Shown: piece by piece, positions 61,896 through 64,000 of the stretch
Position numbering within the stretch: the first letter of the stretch is position 1
How the letters are laid out: the number at the start of each line of letters is the position of its first letter
Origin: Zygnema circumcarinatum SAG 698-1b
Taxonomy: Eukaryota; Plantae; Zygnematophyceae
Direction of reading: 5' to 3'
Assembly: GCA_037447605.1 (NCBI GenBank)
Contig: CM074808.1
Coordinates: 2,480,001-2,544,000, forward strand
DNA length: 64,000 bases
Notes under the pieces: model-generated
Databases searched by the model: none
Told to the model about the DNA's origin: nothing
The model's input: the letters and a program-made list of their open reading frames with translations, nothing else
Program-made: the position numbers and the translations under genes

Positions 61896-64000
61896 ATGGC
61901 GGCTCTCGCGCCCGCGCTTGCCCTCTCCCGCTCCGCCCTCGCCCCCGGCCCCGCCCGCTGCGCGCCGCCTCCTGCCGCAGAGCTCGCCTCGCGCCCCGCG
62001 CTCGTGCCAGCTGTGCTTGGAGTCTCCGGCAGAGAGCGCGACTGCTGCTTCTTTGGTAAGGATAGGGAGCTGCGGCAGGCAAGGCTGTTGAAGGGTGGGG
62101 TATGGTGGCTGGGAGGTTTTGACTCGGGGGTGTTCGGTCGTTTGCAGGGGAGTCGGTGCAGACGCGGGACTTGCCGTGCAGGAGAAAGCGCCAGCAGCAG
62201 CCGACGCTCGTCCGGGCAGCAGTTGCAAGTGATCAGTTCACTTCAACGTAAGGGATATGACTAGCCTAGCGACAGTTGTTCGAGATAATGAGAAAAAAAT
62301 CTGGCTTCTTTTGCAAGGATTATTTCAGCTTTTGAGTGTCTAATAGTAACGTCACTTGCTTTTCACTCGAGAGGACTCTTGAGTTGTACTTCGTTCTCAG
62401 TTACAGCTGCTTTTGGATCGTTGCGCAGAATGGCGGAGAAAGCACAAGAGCTCTCAAGGATTGGCCTTGTAGGCCTTGCTGTGATGGGACAGGTAAGCCG
62501 CTGAGAGATTGTGAAGCAGCTGGATGCCCACTTTTGCTTTCTGAACGTTTTCTGGCTAGTTTACCCGTTATCGAGCAGAATGTGCTGAGCTCTGCTGTAC
62601 TTTATGACAGAATCTCGCTCTCAACATTGCGGAAAAAGGGTTTCCGATTTCAGTATACAATCGATCTTCAAACAAAGTGGATGAGACTGTCGCTAGGGCG
62701 AAAGTGGAGGGCGACTTACCTCTGAAGGGGTTTTATAGTCCGAAAGAATTTGTGGAGTCGATTCAAAAGCCACGGTGAGGGTAGCTTCAAGTTTTGACGC
62801 CAAGAGCTGTGCAGTACTCATCTGGCAATCGCATGTGCCATTGCGTTTGGATGGCATTCCCAAATTTAATCGTCTATTGACTGTATTCTAATATGGCTGA
62901 ATCTTTCTTTATTTCACAGGTCCATCATTATATTGGTGAAGGCCGGATCTCCTGTTGATCAGACTATTGAGACCCTTTCTCAATTTTTGGAGCCCGGTGA
63001 TTGCATTATCGACGGTGGAAATGAATGGTAAATCACATTTCTTCAACGCCTAGAACTTGAACAGGAAGAAACAACAGGCAATTGTCTATCTTGAAAAATG
63101 ACCCATACGGTGTTTATTTTTTAGGTGGAAATAGGTATTTAGGGAAAGCGCGTGCATTGTCTTTAACTTGTAATATTCGTGTGGCAGGTATGAGAACACG
63201 GAAAGGCGTGCGAAGGCAGTTGCAGAGAAGGGTCTTCAATATCTGGGGATGGGAGTTTCTGGAGGCGAGGAAGGTGCTCGTAATGGACCGTCTTTGATGC
63301 CTGGCGGGACACTTGAAGCCTACAAATACATTGAGGATGTTGTACAGAAGGTGGCAGCTCAGGTTAATGATGGACCCTGCGTTACATATGTTGGCAAGGG
63401 CGGGGCGGGAAACTTCGTGAAGATGGTACACAATGGTATAGAGTACGGCGACATGCAGCTTATTGCCGAATCGTAAGTCTTTATCTTTCCGACAAAGGTT
63501 GTATCACGTATCAGGGATGGCTTCCTTTTGGCAGTAGATGTTTTATGCACAGTTTTTTCCATAAGGCAGTGGTCTTAAAAATGTGATTATACAGACTCTA
63601 GCCCGGAAGAATCGTTGTTGCTTGTGTCCGTAAAATGAGAATCTTGTTATTGCCGTATCACTTAAGTGCATTTGCTGACAATCTGTACAAGTTCTTTTGT
63701 GCATTTCATGATCCAGTTACGACGTCTTGAAAAGTGTTGGCGGGTTAACAAACCAGGAATTAGCTGCAGCTTTCAATGAATGGAACCATGGGGAACTTGA
63801 GAGCTTCTTGGTAGAAATTACCGCCGACATTTTCAGTGTCAAGGATGATCTTGCTGAGGGAGAACTGGTGGACAAGATTTTGGACAAGACGGGCATGAAA
63901 GGAACCGGAAAGTGGACAGTGCAACAAGCTGCGGAGCTCTCCATCGCTGCCCCTACCATTGCAGCTTCATTAGACTCGCGGTTTCTCAGCGGACTGAAAG
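61896..64000 (+). CDS. PGD: 6-phosphogluconate dehydrogenase (decarboxylating), probable plastid transit peptide; 3' end beyond the window
   Basis: Exons 61896-62055 (Ala/Pro/Ser/Arg-rich), 62407-62492, 62611-62774, 62920-63027, 63188-63472, 63717->64000. Motifs [56 protein letters not shown]. Confidence 0.95.

Overview
Intron-rich eukaryotic nuclear DNA with GC-rich promoter islands. The gene set and the non-canonical phytochromes suggest a streptophyte alga (inference). Genes in order: UDP-sugar pyrophosphorylase (+, 5' end outside the window), IMP4 (-), a hypothetical coiled-coil/RRM-like protein (-), PDX1 (+), a spliced DUF4283/LINE-ORF1-like gene (-), a hypothetical protein (-), cytosolic TyrRS (+), two head-to-head phytochrome-family histidine kinases, and 6-phosphogluconate dehydrogenase (+, 3' end outside the window). 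The main result is the phytochrome pair. The + copy (50276-60051) keeps every bilin-pocket residue I could check but has no receiver domain. The - copy (34722-46500) has lost the chromophore Cys-His, the DIP Asp, the Tyr176, Arg254 and Tyr263 equivalents and the PRxSF tongue. It still has an open reading frame, a fully canonical His kinase and an intact REC domain, so it looks like a 'blind' phytochrome. Both proteins share a C-terminal module that by eye resembles the Rad52/Rad22 fold. Other features: a ~0.9 kb foldback element in the shared promoter, a 1.2 kb (CCCT)n intron five codons upstream of the chromophore Cys, CGTAC promoter arrays (one with 10-bp spacing), and two GC-AG introns. Exon boundaries were read manually; no database searches were run.
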